Source: Selaginella moellendorffii
Taxonomy: Eukaryota; Plantae; Lycopodiophyta
DNA: 31,053 bases
Assembly (NCBI RefSeq): GCF_000143415.4
Contig: NW_003314469.1
Location: forward strand, 1 to 31,053
Direction of reading: 5' to 3'
A program made the translations under genes and the position numbers. Every line of letters starts with the position of its first letter. The stretch's first letter is position 1. The notes beneath the pieces are model-generated. The model searched no databases. It was not told the origin of the DNA and saw only the letters and a list, made by a program, of their open reading frames with translations. This document shows positions 10,480 to 22,200 of this stretch, one piece after another.

Positions 10480-12183
10480 GCTCATGCTCATATTGTCAAC
10501 CATCCAGAGCTCTGATCGTCACCAATTGCAAAGTCGTCAGTGGGCACTGGAATATAAGGTTGGTAGTGGATCATCATTGTCCACACAGAAGACCCATTGC
10601 GATGAAAAGACAAAGTTTCTTTGGGCACCAGTTAAGTCAGCTGCTCAGATCGTTCAAGAGGAGCACAGAAGGTAGCTCTCTCTTGTGGTGCCATGTGGTT
10701 TTCATTGAATTTCTTGTGACATGAATGCCAGAACCACACCAGCTGCCAGGATGTACATGCTAGAATCATGCCTCTAGGTCTGTAAGTTCAACGTTATTAC
10801 ATACATGACACAGTAGAAGTTATCTTCTCATGCACCGAATCATGAGCATTCCAGTGCTTGTAAACTTCACCTACATGATAAACCATTGCCAAAGTCGTGG
10901 TAGAAATCTCTAGCGAGTCATCTCCAATTCCAAGTGGAAGCAACGGCAAGAGCAACGGCATATAGGTCGTCTGATTCTTTGTTTCAGTGATTGGGCATGT
11001 TTCATCTGGCTCATACCCAAGCCATCGAGCAACATATGCAAAAAAGCCCTTTAACAAAGGACTTAAACCTCAGAGAGAGACACAAATGGCTTATTTACCT
11101 TTCTCACTATATCAGAATGATCAAATGAAACCACTTTGATGCCCAAAGCAACATGTTGCACAATCATACCAGCCGGCATAAAACATTGTCATTGAATGCG
11201 GATACAACTACATATCTCACCTGTAGAAAAAAACATCAGCTAATCATCTTTTTTTTTTTTGCAGACATCTCTACAAACCCATGAGTGAGCGTGCAAAATA
11301 TTCAGAAGTAGCGCATTCAATATAGCATCTGCATTCTCACCTATAACATCAGGTGCATGACTGGATAGTCTAGACAGCAGCATACAAGAAGCTTTTTCAA
11401 TTTTGCAAAAAGAATCCGACAATGTCAAGCAGATTACCTGCAAAAGCAGCCAATTACAACACAAAAGTGAAAGAACACTAATGTTGACCCTTGTTATGTG
11501 CTCAGAGAACTCATGAATGCTCTCCACTAAGCACTGACAAATTATAGCGTTGAGCAAGTTGATTAAACGTATCTCTTCAGAATGTTAAAAAATTGGAAGC
11601 TGCCCTGCTATAAAAGTTTCCAGATAAAAACAAAGGGAAAAATCAGCACAGGACGTGATTACCAGTCTACTCAGCTATTGCGAGAACTATCAAAAAATTG
11701 TTTGCTCCACCTGGATCAAAAACTTTAGTACAAAAATATTGGAATTTTAAAAATCAAAACCTCTACTAAAGGCTTCACAACTCTAGAAATCATGTTCATG
11801 GCAGCTTCTCAACACCTCTCTATGGGGTTGTGAAGTTTTCTTATGACCAGCTTCAGTATCATATTGTCCCAATCAATTTAAAACATCAACAAAAGATTTT
11901 TTGCTTGGGAGAAAAAAAGAGGAAAGAAAAAATATCTGGAGCATAGCTGGAGAATGAGCTTTGGTAATAAGAAGCTTGTCAAGGTGCTCCAATGACTTTC
12001 ACCTTGTGTTTCAATCTGTGTCAGAGAGGCAGTTTAAATGTCGTTGGATCATCTGGAAATATGAAAATCCATCACTAGAGCTCAATTACCATGGTGTGAT
12101 TCAATGCAATCGCTTACCTAGATGAATTCCGTGGTAGCTATGGCTTGATCGACTGCATTCGAGGGAACATTGTTGGCATCCAT
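10480..12183 (-). pseudogene. DNAAF5: DNAAF5/HEATR2-like HEAT-repeat dynein assembly factor, 5' exons, decayed
   Basis: IQRHLNCLSDTD*NTR; LHNPIERC*EAA; SEEIRL; DSFCKIEKASC...LHAHSWV; LLPLLPLGIGDD..EIS; in-frame stops; short introns; lower boundary approximate. Confidence 0.65.
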
Positions 12184-12296
12184 TGTGAAGAGTAAAATCC
12201 CTGCTAAGTGGGCTTAGGGCAAAAAAAATTTAAAGGAGCCTCATGGTGTGCAACCATAGTGAAATGTCAAAATACATAGGCTCTCTTGGAAAATTG

Positions 12297-12298
<2 letters not shown>

Positions 12299-12334
<36 letters not shown>
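12299..12334 (+). repeat. (AG)18 microsatellite
   Basis: Read directly; ~115 bp upstream of the DNAAF5-like ATG. Confidence 0.95.
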
Positions 12335-12336
<2 letters not shown>

Positions 12337-14008
12337 CACTCAAATTTGCATGTTGCCTTTCCTTGTTCCTCAACACCTTGCTGCTTTTCCTAGCTCTTGT
12401 TTGCCCTAAAAGCCACAAATTACTGATTTAAAAGTTACAACCTCCACAATTTAGATTATTATTTTCATCTCTACATATACAATAAAACTAGTTGCCTAAT
12501 CTTATTGGATAGTACTTGTTAAGACTAATCCTCTTATACCAAATGTTGTCCATATGGGTTCCTATGAACAGAGTAGAAGCAAACCCTTGGATATGTGAGC
12601 CAATGACAATGAAGCAGAATTCAAGTTTCAAAGCCTTGGGTCACTAAATGAAGTGATAGAGCCAAACTCCCAAGCATACAACAAAAAAGCAAAGGAACTA
12701 AAACACAAAATGACTCTTGAGTGTACAGCCCAATGAGCAAAAGGATTATGAGCATGAAATGACATTGAAAGAGTCATAGAGCATCCAACATCCCAATGCC
12801 AAAACTAACATGCAAAATAGAGATAAATGAAGTTTAGTGCTATTTTAGTATACCAGTGGCATTATGCAAGGATATGGGTACTCCACTAGCCAACATAATA
12901 TTGAGTTTAAGATTAAACCTAAACTAGATATAGAATAAGGATAGGAAATCAAGCAGAAGCTAAACTATACCTCAAGTTGGTCAGCCATGCCTAACCTATT
13001 CACTATCCCTACTATACATTTGGACACCCCCACATCAATCAGCTGCCACATGTTTCCACCAACTAGCTGCCTTGTCGAGCCATAAATTGTATATTAGGGT
13101 GACTGGCATGCTAACAGCCCTGGCTGCTAGTCAAAACCCTACTTGCCACCTTGGATAGGGAAGATCTCTGCAACTATGCCAGGTTTTGAGTTGAGCTTTT
13201 GAGGGGATGTAAACAGAATTTCATACTAATTCCTAGCTGATCCTGAGTTATGAGCCTTGAAAATTCAAAACCAAAAAAAGAGTGGAAGAAAGGGAGGAGA
13301 TGAGAGAAAAGAGATAAGTAAGAAAGTGGTGAAGGAGGAGAAATCCATGATCTTGGCCACAGGTAATTCATGTGCCCGCACCAAGTACCCTAACCCTGGC
13401 TACAGTTAGGGTTAGCTGTGGCAGATCTCCTAGGAATTCCAAATTCAGAACCTTACACAAACACTTTGGGTTTTCACCCCAGTCCTAAGAGTTAGTCTTT
13501 GGGACAATCACAAAATTTACTAAATATGGAATGGTGCCAAATTGCAAATTTAGACACGGGAACAACACCATCGTATTTAAGATAATCTCTACATTTTGTT
13601 AGCAAATCTAGACACTTTTTATAAATAACCAATAGGATCAGATGAGACCAATACATAAGGCATAATAGCCCGATGTGTTGGTCCTATTTGATCCCATTGT
13701 AAGCCACAAATTTTTCCTTTTCAATTTGCCAGCTTACCTCGACTATCCGTCCAACACTGCCTTGGCTTTTGCTAAGTTCCCTTGCCAAGGTTCTCACCTA
13801 TGGTACTAGCTCCTACCTGGTTCTACTTGGTTTCAGCACCCCCCGCCAGGAGCAAAAAAGGGTTTCCCCCCCTCCCGGAGTTCCCAAATCTCTCCGAATC
13901 CCCCTCCCTGGGTTAGACTGGACTTAAGGTTCGGCTACACACCCCACAGGCACAAGCAGCTAAGCACACCAAGCCTCCAGATTCCTAACACCCCTTGGTA
14001 CCACAAGA

Positions 14009-14028
14009 CCCCCCCCCCCCCCCCCCCC
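14009..14028 (+). repeat. C20 homopolymer
   Basis: Read directly. Confidence 0.9.
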
Positions 14029-14073
14029 GGGAGACACACGCTTTGGGCTTTCACCCCTTAACCCGTATTAGTA

Positions 14074-14310
14074 CTTGGACTAGATCTCAGACCCGACTTT
14101 GGACTCAGTCTCGGACTTGATCTCGAACTTGATCTTGGACCCAATCTTGGACTCGACTTCGAACTCGGTCTCAGACCCGATTCGGATCTCAGACTCTGTC
14201 TCGAACTCGGCCTCAAACTCGGTCTCCGATTCGGCCTCAGACTCGATCCCGGACTCTATCTCGAACTCGATCTCAGAGTTGGTCTTGGACTTAATCTCCG
14301 ACTTGGTCCC
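14074..14310 (+). repeat. Degenerate 6/12-bp tandem array (tcggac/tcgatc-type)
   Basis: Repeating tctcggactcga-like units that produce low-complexity ORFs on both strands. Confidence 0.85.
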
Positions 14311-15161
14311 ATTTGATGAACTCTTTGTCATTTCGGTCATGCTTTTGGGGATCCTTTAGCCTAGGACACCTCGGGGAGACTCCACCACCCATAGAAGAAG
14401 TTCGATGCCCACATCGAACGTCTCTTTTTATCCTACAACTTGTTGACCATGTCTCCGGGGGCATCCCCCCACTTAGTAATGTGCTTAAGTCAGCCTCCCT
14501 GGCTAAGAGCCCATAACAATGGAATATAGGTGTCCCTATACCCCTCACCCCACCACGCCCTAGTATGGGGTTGGGACTTGAACCCAGCCTTGCTTTACTA
14601 GGTGGTTGGGACTCGAACCCAACCTCTGTAGAATACGTCTATGAATTCGACATCCCCGTAGGGAGTCGGGCATTGTTCCCTAGGCCTGGTCGACCTAGCT
14701 AACCCATGCTAATTAGCTTACCTTTGGCGCGCCTTCGGGTCCCAACATATGCCATTGCTCAACTTCATAAATTAATACTTTAATTGAACTTTGCATAAGT
14801 ACATAGAGTTTTGCCTTGCAGAAATTCCTCCACTAGATCTTGTGCGTTCGCTAGGTTCTCCTCCGATTCCCATATCGCTTCGCAATGTGGAAATCTTTTC
14901 CACTTCACATGGAACTCTCTCACCTCGCGTCCTTGTCGCTTGCTTTTGCACGCATTGAGGATGGCCTCGACTTCGTATTCTTCTTCCCCTTGGATAACCT
15001 CAGGTAAAGGTCTTACTTGGTCCTTGCGAAGCGGATCCTCAAAGTAGGGCTTGAGTAAGTTCACGTGGAACATTGGGTGCATCTTCCCCATCTCTTGAGG
15101 AAGTCAGAGATGGTAAGCCACTTTACCGATTCGTGCCTCAATCTCATAAGGCCCCGCAAAC

Positions 15162-15213
15162 CTGCTTAAGGAACTCAAGATTAATTCATTTATAGGAATA
15201 CATGCATTTTTAC
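15162..15213 (-). other. 52-nt GT-AG intron-like insert in the integrase C-terminus
   Basis: CAAAG|gtaaaa...ttaagcag|GTTTGCG; removal gives KLTQRFAGPY. Confidence 0.75.
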
Positions 15214-15621
15214 CTTTGGGTCAACTTCCAGCTGATCCCACTTGGTAGCCTGAGGTTCTTGGTGTTCAGCCACACCTTCTCCCCAGCTTGGAACTCTACA
15301 TCCCGGTGCTTCTTGTTCACGTATTTGGTTTGCCTTTGTTGAGCCCGTTCCAAGGAATCCCTTATTAGATTCCAAATGTTGAGTCTTTCCGCCATGAATG
15401 CCTCCACTCTCCATGATACTCGGCCACGCCAAGTTCCACAGGACCTTCAATAGCTCACCCATTGATGACTTCCCATGGACTCACCCCGATACTCGAATGT
15501 GGTGAGTTGTTATAACACATTTCCGCAAGTCCCAAATGACTTACCCAATCGATCTAGTCTCCCAAAACATAGCATCGCAAATAATCCTCCAGATGCCTAT
15601 TCACCCTTTCCGTTTGTCCGT

Positions 15622-15668
15622 CTGTGAAGAAGTGTTAGTGCCATCAAACTTGACTTAATACCCCATAC
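15622..15668 (-). other. 47-nt GT-AG intron-like insert in the integrase core
   Basis: ACAG|gtatgg...ctaac...ttcacag|ACGGA; removal gives HP*TDGQTERVN. Confidence 0.8.
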
Positions 15669-18600
15669 CTGTCTATGGGTGATAGGCTATGCTGAATTTC
15701 AACCTGGTGCGATACTGTTCCAAGAGAGTTTTCTAGAACCTACTGGTGAAGATCTTATCCCGATTTGAGATAATCTCTTCTGGCCTTCCCCGCACTCGAA
15801 CCACTTGTTCGAAGAACAACTTCACCACACCTTCCGCATCCACTTCTGTTGTGGTGGGTATGAAATGTGCCATCTTTGAAAATCGGTCCACCATCACGAA
15901 TATCGCATCGAACTCCTCGCTTGGGGGGAGTCCCGTGATGAAGTCCATCATAAGACATTTCCACGGACGATCTGGAATTGGAATGCTTTGTAACAAGCCC
16001 CCACTAGCCTTAGTCACAGCTTTGACTTGCTGACATGTTGGACATGTCTTTACATAGTCTTGGATGTCCTTAGCTATATCTGGCCAATGATACTTCCTTT
16101 TGAGTAAGCCCATTGTCTTGGGCACTCCACCATGTCCCGTAAGAGGTCCGTCATGACACTCTTCTAAGGCTACCTTCCTTAGTTCCCCTTCTACAACATA
16201 CACCCTCGTTTGCTTGTAATAGATGAGTCTGTTACGTTTTGCATAGCCCATTTTCTCTTCTATTAGCAACTCACCTCTCTGGTGAGCTTCCCGTGCCTCC
16301 AGATTCCTCAACAACACTTCTTGTGCTAGACCATCGTTCTCATATGCTGTCTGCACATCATCCCAAAAGGCTACTGTCGCACTGGATATTGCCAATTTCA
16401 AGCTTGCTTTTCGACTTAGTGCATCTGCCACAATGTTGCTCTTCCTAGGCTTGTACAGAATCTTGCAATCAAACTCAGCTAGAGCATTGGCCCACCGACC
16501 TTGTTTCCCTCTTAGGTTGGGCTGTGACAAGAAGTGTTTCGTTGCCACATTGTCTATGTAAACCTTGAAGTATCTCCCAAGGTAGTGTTGCCACTCCTTG
16601 AGCGCCTTGACCACCACAAACAATTCCTTCTCGTGGGCAGGCCACTTCCTTTGAGCCTTGTCCAACTTCATCGAGAAGAACGCTACTAGATGGTTGTCTT
16701 GTTTTAAAATTGCGCCTAACGCAAAGTTTGAAGCATCCGTTTCTACCTCAAAGTCCTTACCAAAGTCTGGTAATGCTAACACGAGAGCCTTCCTCAACTT
16801 CCCTTTGAGGTGGACAAATGCCACCTCGCATTCTGCTGTCCATACCATCTTCTCTTTTCCCGTTTGGTCCGTTAAGGGCAAGGCTACTCTCGAATAGTGT
16901 TTAATAAACTTTCGGTAGTAGTTGCATAGCCCCAAGAATGCCCTTAACTCGTGTACATTCGATGGTCGCTCCCAATCCTGGATCGCTTGGACTTTCTCAG
17001 AGTCCACTTTGAGGCCATCCTTGCCCACCACATGCCTGAGAAACTTTACCTCTTGTTGAGCAAAGTCACATTTGCTCTCTTTAGCATACAGCTGGTGTTC
17101 CTTTAGTTTCTCAAACACCATCGTCAAGTATTCGGCATGCTCCTCTAGCGTTTCGCTATAGATTAGGATGTCGTCAATATAGACAACCACAAAGTGATCA
17201 AGATAGAGTACAAAGATATGGTTCATCAATGCCAAAAACGTTGCCGGCGCATTGCATAGCCCAAAGGGCATCACTAGAAACTCAATGCTCCCATACCTTG
17301 TTCGACAGGTTGTCTTGTCAACATCTTCCTCAGGGTTTGGCAAGAATTTGTGCACTTTTTTGGTATTATATCAAAGGAGACTTTGAAAGTTCATAACCCA
17401 TACAGGCTGAGGGTGTCTATAGTCAAACATTGCTATCACACTTGACAAGGCAAATGCTCCTTTTTTCTTTTCCTGTTTTTATTTCTTCGTATTCGTCTTT
17501 TTGTGATGGATTTTCTTCTGCTGGTTTCAAGTGTGTCCTACAGCAATTGTTCATAGATCCTCAGGAGGCACCATTGCTTTTGAGAAAGCTTGACTAGAAG
17601 GAACTTGTTTATGGCTGTGGAGTGGGCAGAACTCAATTGTGATGATGACACACATTCCACTGGATAGACTAACTGAGTTGAAGCAGCAGGTTCAAGAGCA
17701 TGTGCAGATGTAAGGGACAGTGGGGAAGTCTTTGGGAGTCACTGTCATGTTGGTGCTGATCCAGCTGATGATTTCTGGTGATTTAAGAGATACACTGCGA
17801 GGTTTGGAGCCAACAGTGTTGTAACACATGATGGTTTAGATGTACATTCAGTGCTTCTTTTTGAGAAAGGTATATGGTTAATGTTCATTGTTTCCTCATG
17901 CATGTTTTATCACAGGAATAAGGCACCTTTTAGTCTCCTCCAATAAAAATAAGCTCCCTGGATCTTGGCAAGCATGTCATGCTGCTTCTAGAAGCAGCTT
18001 CCAAGTGCTTGATATGGCTTGGAGGCAGTGTTGACTGCAGTTGTGGAAGAGAACAGTTCTACAGAAACACTGCCAAGAATCAGTCGTGGTTCTCAAAGTT
18101 CTAGATTTCCAGCAGATATTGGTGAGAAAAGAGGTTTGCAATCTGCAAAAAGGAGTCTTGTCTTTCAATATGCTTATGAATGTATTCTTACTGAAAATTT
18201 TAAACCTTATATAACTTTTTATTTATCTCCTTAATTACAACTTTGTTTCTTACTAAATATGAATTCTAAAAGGTTTACATTTTACTATTTCATTTGACTT
18301 GCTCTTGATTTAAAAAGAATGAGCAAATGAAGCCCTTTAATCCCTGAAACCCCAAAGAAAAATGAACCTGCAAAAGATCACAACCATCATTCAGTGTTCT
18401 GGTGGAAAGCTTAGGTTTTTCTGTGTGGTTTCTTTCTTGCCAGGTTTAGAAGGATAAAACATTGGAGAAAGCTGGTTTTAATGCCATTGCATTAACAAGA
18501 ACTGCTTTAAAGAACTAAAATTAACATATGATTTGTTTTTATTTAATGTGCTTATCTCCTTATATTATGACCAGTCTGGATTTAAATTTTCAGAAATATA

Positions 18601-18789
18601 TAATTTAAATATATATGGGAAAAAGAGAATTTATATCAGGGTTCTTTTGTGAAACATGCACATCGGACATAGGAGAAAATTCTATATCTGCTGAACATAT
18701 TTGAAGAGCTAAATTACTCATATGGGACAAGATATACATGGTAACCACTCATGCTTTGTGTGACATCAAGAATTGTGACACAAATTTTA

Positions 18790-19673
18790 GTGGTATCACA
18801 TTTGGTGACAGGGGGAGACTTTAGGCAAACCTTACCTATTCTTCAAAGAGCTTGCCACACACAAATCATTCAAAATAGTGTTAAATCCTCACCAATATGG
18901 TCTAAACTCCTAAAGTTCTCATTTCATATAACCTCCCAGGACATTCAGAGTACCATTAACATCCACTACTAGAGAACAATTGATAGATAATGTGTTTGAA
19001 AAACACATAGAGACAAGCAAGTAAAGCCTATTTTGAAAGACTATTCTCACAATTTTAAATGACCTCTCTCTACAAGTAAATGACTAAGTCCTTTCAAGAA
19101 TGAGCAACAATAATGTACAAGAGAATTGATATTGTAGAAAAAGAATCAAATGAGAAAATTCTTGACTATCCTATGGAGTTCTTAAACTTGGTAACACCGT
19201 CTGGAATGCCCCCACATAAGCTAAACATAAAAAATCAGCTGTATTATAATGCTCTTACATAATATTAACACAAATAAATTACCATAACCAAGGCTTTACC
19301 ACACGTCATTGAAGTTAAAATTTTACACAATGATATGCAGGTAAAAAAAAAACAAATCTCTTTGAAACCAAAAAAATGGAGATATACCATTCATTGTAAA
19401 ATGTTAGTAGTTCTCTATAAGGCTTGCATTCTCTGTTACAATTTGCAAATCGTAAAGACAAACACTGTAAAATATAAAGATATTTTTGCCAAGACAAGTT
19501 TTCAACCATGGTCAACTTTATGTTGCATTCTCAAGGGGAACATCAAAGGCACAAATGTCTGTAGAACAATTCTGTACACATAAAAACATAGTCTATAAAG
19601 AAATTCTTTAAAATGATAATATTAAATGAAACATAATTACTATCTCTACCAGCGGAGCTGGATTCCTTGCTAG
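18790..19673 (+). mobile_element. Helitron PIF1 helicase remnant with intact 3' terminus
   Basis: GDFRQTLPI, YPMEFLN..PSGMPPHKL, HGQLYVAFSR, NIVYKEIL*; hairpin CCAGC-GGA-GCTGG at 19649-19661; CTAG at 19670-19673 followed by T. Confidence 0.9.
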
Positions 19674-19687
19674 TGTTTATTTTTATA

Positions 19688-20455
19688 GGTTGCTACCAAG
19701 GCTTACAGCTTTGATTCTAATCTGTGTATTCTACAACTTTACCAGGTTTGCAATTCCTTCATGCCTTTTTAGTCATTTCTTTACTGCACTAACTGGTTTT
19801 TCTCATGACAAGTTTGAGCCACAAAATCGCAGATATCATGCAGTGGTTGACAGTTTAGTGACCCTTTTGTGGAAATCCACATTCACAGTTAAGTTCTTAA
19901 GCACAATTCTCAGGAATGGAGCTCTACCTCAGCTTCACAGAAATTGCTTAAAGAAAAAGTAGCACTATAAAAAAAAATTATAAACTAAACAATGAAGAAT
20001 CTGAGTAAGCATGTCAAGGAAAAGAAAAAGTATACATACCTCAAGTGGTCATTAGGGAGAGAGCAATAGGAGTGGCATGAAACTGGATTGGTGTTGTGTA
20101 GCATTTAAAAGGCTGCAAAACAGAGGTGAGGCACCAAACACCAAGAAAAAGAAAAAAAAACGAAAAAATGATCATAAGAATCATAGAACACAAACAAGGT
20201 AAGCCAGAAACTTGCTTAGAAATCTCAGCCGGCCTAAACAAAGTTTCTTACCTTGTTACTACTACCAGTTGCTACTGAGACTTACAGCTTTGATTCTAAG
20301 CTGTGCCTTCTGCAGCTTTTGTTTTTTCTCATGACCACAAACATCATGCAGCGATGGAAGCAGCAACAGGTTGGTGACCCTTGTGCGGAAATCCACATTT
20401 GCAGTTAAGTTCTTAAGTGTTGTGTCATAACTCTCAGGAATGGAGCTCTACCTTG
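19688..20455. repeat. Diverged direct duplication (~19688-19930 and ~20268-20455)
   Basis: Shared cttacagctttgattctaa, ggaaatccacatt, cagttaagttcttaag, tctcaggaatggagctctacct. Confidence 0.8.
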
Positions 20456-20534
20456 GCTGCATTTAAAACTAAAGAATGATTGAAATCAGCAAACATAAGG
20501 AAGGTAAGCAAATTGTAAGTTGTAAATGATGTAC

Positions 20535-20790
20535 CTGCTTACAAATCTTGCAGATGGTGTCCTCTTTTTAGTTGCACTAGTGCTGCACACACTTTTGATG
20601 AGCATACTACCAAACACAAAAGAGAGAAAAATAAATGAGGAAAAGCCAGAATTGCTTAGAACTCTTAGACAACTCAAAGAACAAAGTCCCTACCTTCAAC
20701 CTGCTGCAACAAGAGCATGGGATTTCAGGATTCCCATCCTTGTCTTTCTCCTGCCCACCACCATCACAAGGATCACTCCATAAAGCCTCC
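20535..20790 (-). pseudogene. RING-CH (RINGv/MARCH-type) E3 ligase fragment
   Basis: Exons QEKDKDGNPEIPCSCCSRLK | YAHQKCVQH*CN*KEDTICKICKQ separated by a GT-AG intron. Confidence 0.8.
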
Positions 20791-21460
20791 ATCAATAAAA
20801 TCCCAGCAGGGCGAAAATAGAATCTACTGAACATGAAAAAACAGGTTTTGAGCTGGTTCCATTCTTATAGAAATGGGACTCGCCCAACCAGTGCTGAGTC
20901 TCTCAATGTCCATGTGTGGAGAGCAAAGAACACAACCAGCACATCTTTGATTTCATGGCAGCCAGGAGCCTTGTGCCATGGAACTTACAGCTGGGTAGGA
21001 GAAGGAGAACTCTGACTTGAGAAACCTTGCCATGGTCAGCAAGGGATGAGGAATTCTCACAGTTGACTTGGATGCATAACTCCATGCAATATCAACAACA
21101 TCGAGCGAGCATGACAAGGAAATTTTGTAAGTTGATCGAATAAATTTTGTATTGATCGAAATCAGCGAATATGAGGAAAGTAAGAAAATCATAAATTTAG
21201 TGCGGATGACATTACCTGCTGACAAATCTCACAGATTGTGTTCCCTTATCCTTATTCCCAGTGGCTACATTGGGAACCAGGGACTATTCCAAGCTGCAGT
21301 GCTCCTGGCCTCATGGAATAAAAAATGTTCTGGTTTCTATTGAGCCCATCCTATGTGAATCAAGCAGCTAGAGCTCCAGAAGATTCTTCAAGTTGTACAA
21401 TTTGAATGAACTTGAACTTGTACTGAAGTTTTATACATAGAACAAGATGCACACTTCACA

Positions 21461-22200
21461 GGTATAATGCCTTGCTTGCTGTGTCCTTAGTGTGCTACAT
21501 CGCGACTTTTTTGTCTTGGGATATCTGTGTAAGTGGTTCAATCCTGCTTATCAAGATTGCAAGCTCAATCTCTTCTTTATCACGAGCTCGCTATCTCTTA
21601 GCATCTCTTTTTCTGCTATCTTCGTGCATCCTCAGGTAATGACGTTTTTCTGTTGAGTATGAATGATTGTTTGTTTTTGTTCCAGCTGAATGGGCGCCTG
21701 CTACCTGCTCTACTGCATGTAATTATGCTACAATGCATTGTCAAGTGAGCCGTGAGACTACAATTGAATCGGAGTGGCCACCACACTTATCTCCGTGATA
21801 TATTCTGCGGACTCTTTGTGTCACTGCCAGCTCCTCCTCGCAAGGAAGGTAACATTAGAGCGACTTTGTGAGTTTTTCTACTCAATTCTTCTTCCAGAAG
21901 CTCCTTTGCAACCTTTGCTCTCAAGGAGAGATTTCAAAAACAGCAACAAACTAAGCAGCACTGGATCTGAGCACGACTTCCACGAAGCAAAGAGGCCGTC
22001 CCAACACCGTCCTGTCACGTACATCTACTCATTCTTTTATCTCTTGCGAGCATGTACTCGGCTATGTTGCTCACCGGACCGGAGACAAGGATGCTATCGA
22101 CATTGGCTAGCCTTCAAAATGGATCCAGATTGGCACAATGTGGTTCACAGCGGCACTATACATTTTATTGCTCATAGCTCCACTCATAGACTTCTTCTAA
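21461..22200 (+). pseudogene. Serine incorporator (SERINC/TMS) 3' part, decayed
   Basis: YNALLAVSLVCYIATF; WFNP..DCKLNLFFI; LCYNALSSEP*DY; TTLISVIYSA; PVTYIYSFF; ASMYSAMLLTG. Confidence 0.82.

Larger units (their letters stand above)
13370..14747 (-). mobile_element. Candidate 3' LTR/non-coding end of the gypsy element (left boundary uncertain)
   Basis: Minus strand starts TGTTGGGACCC at 14747, just after the chromodomain; GC-richer than the flanks; no partner LTR or clear PPT in the window. Confidence 0.35.
14780..17335 (-). mobile_element. Ty3/gypsy chromovirus pol (RT-RNaseH-integrase-chromodomain), 5'-truncated, decayed
   Basis: MPFGLCNAPATF, YIDDILIYS, ETDAS, HHCC zinc finger, MDFITGLP, YHP*TDGQTER, FAGPY, YEVEAIL..VKWK chromodomain; several stops. 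Confidence 0.95.

Noticed and set aside
14568-14621. tRNA gene
   Set aside because: Only a T-loop-like motif; no acceptor stem or anticodon arm
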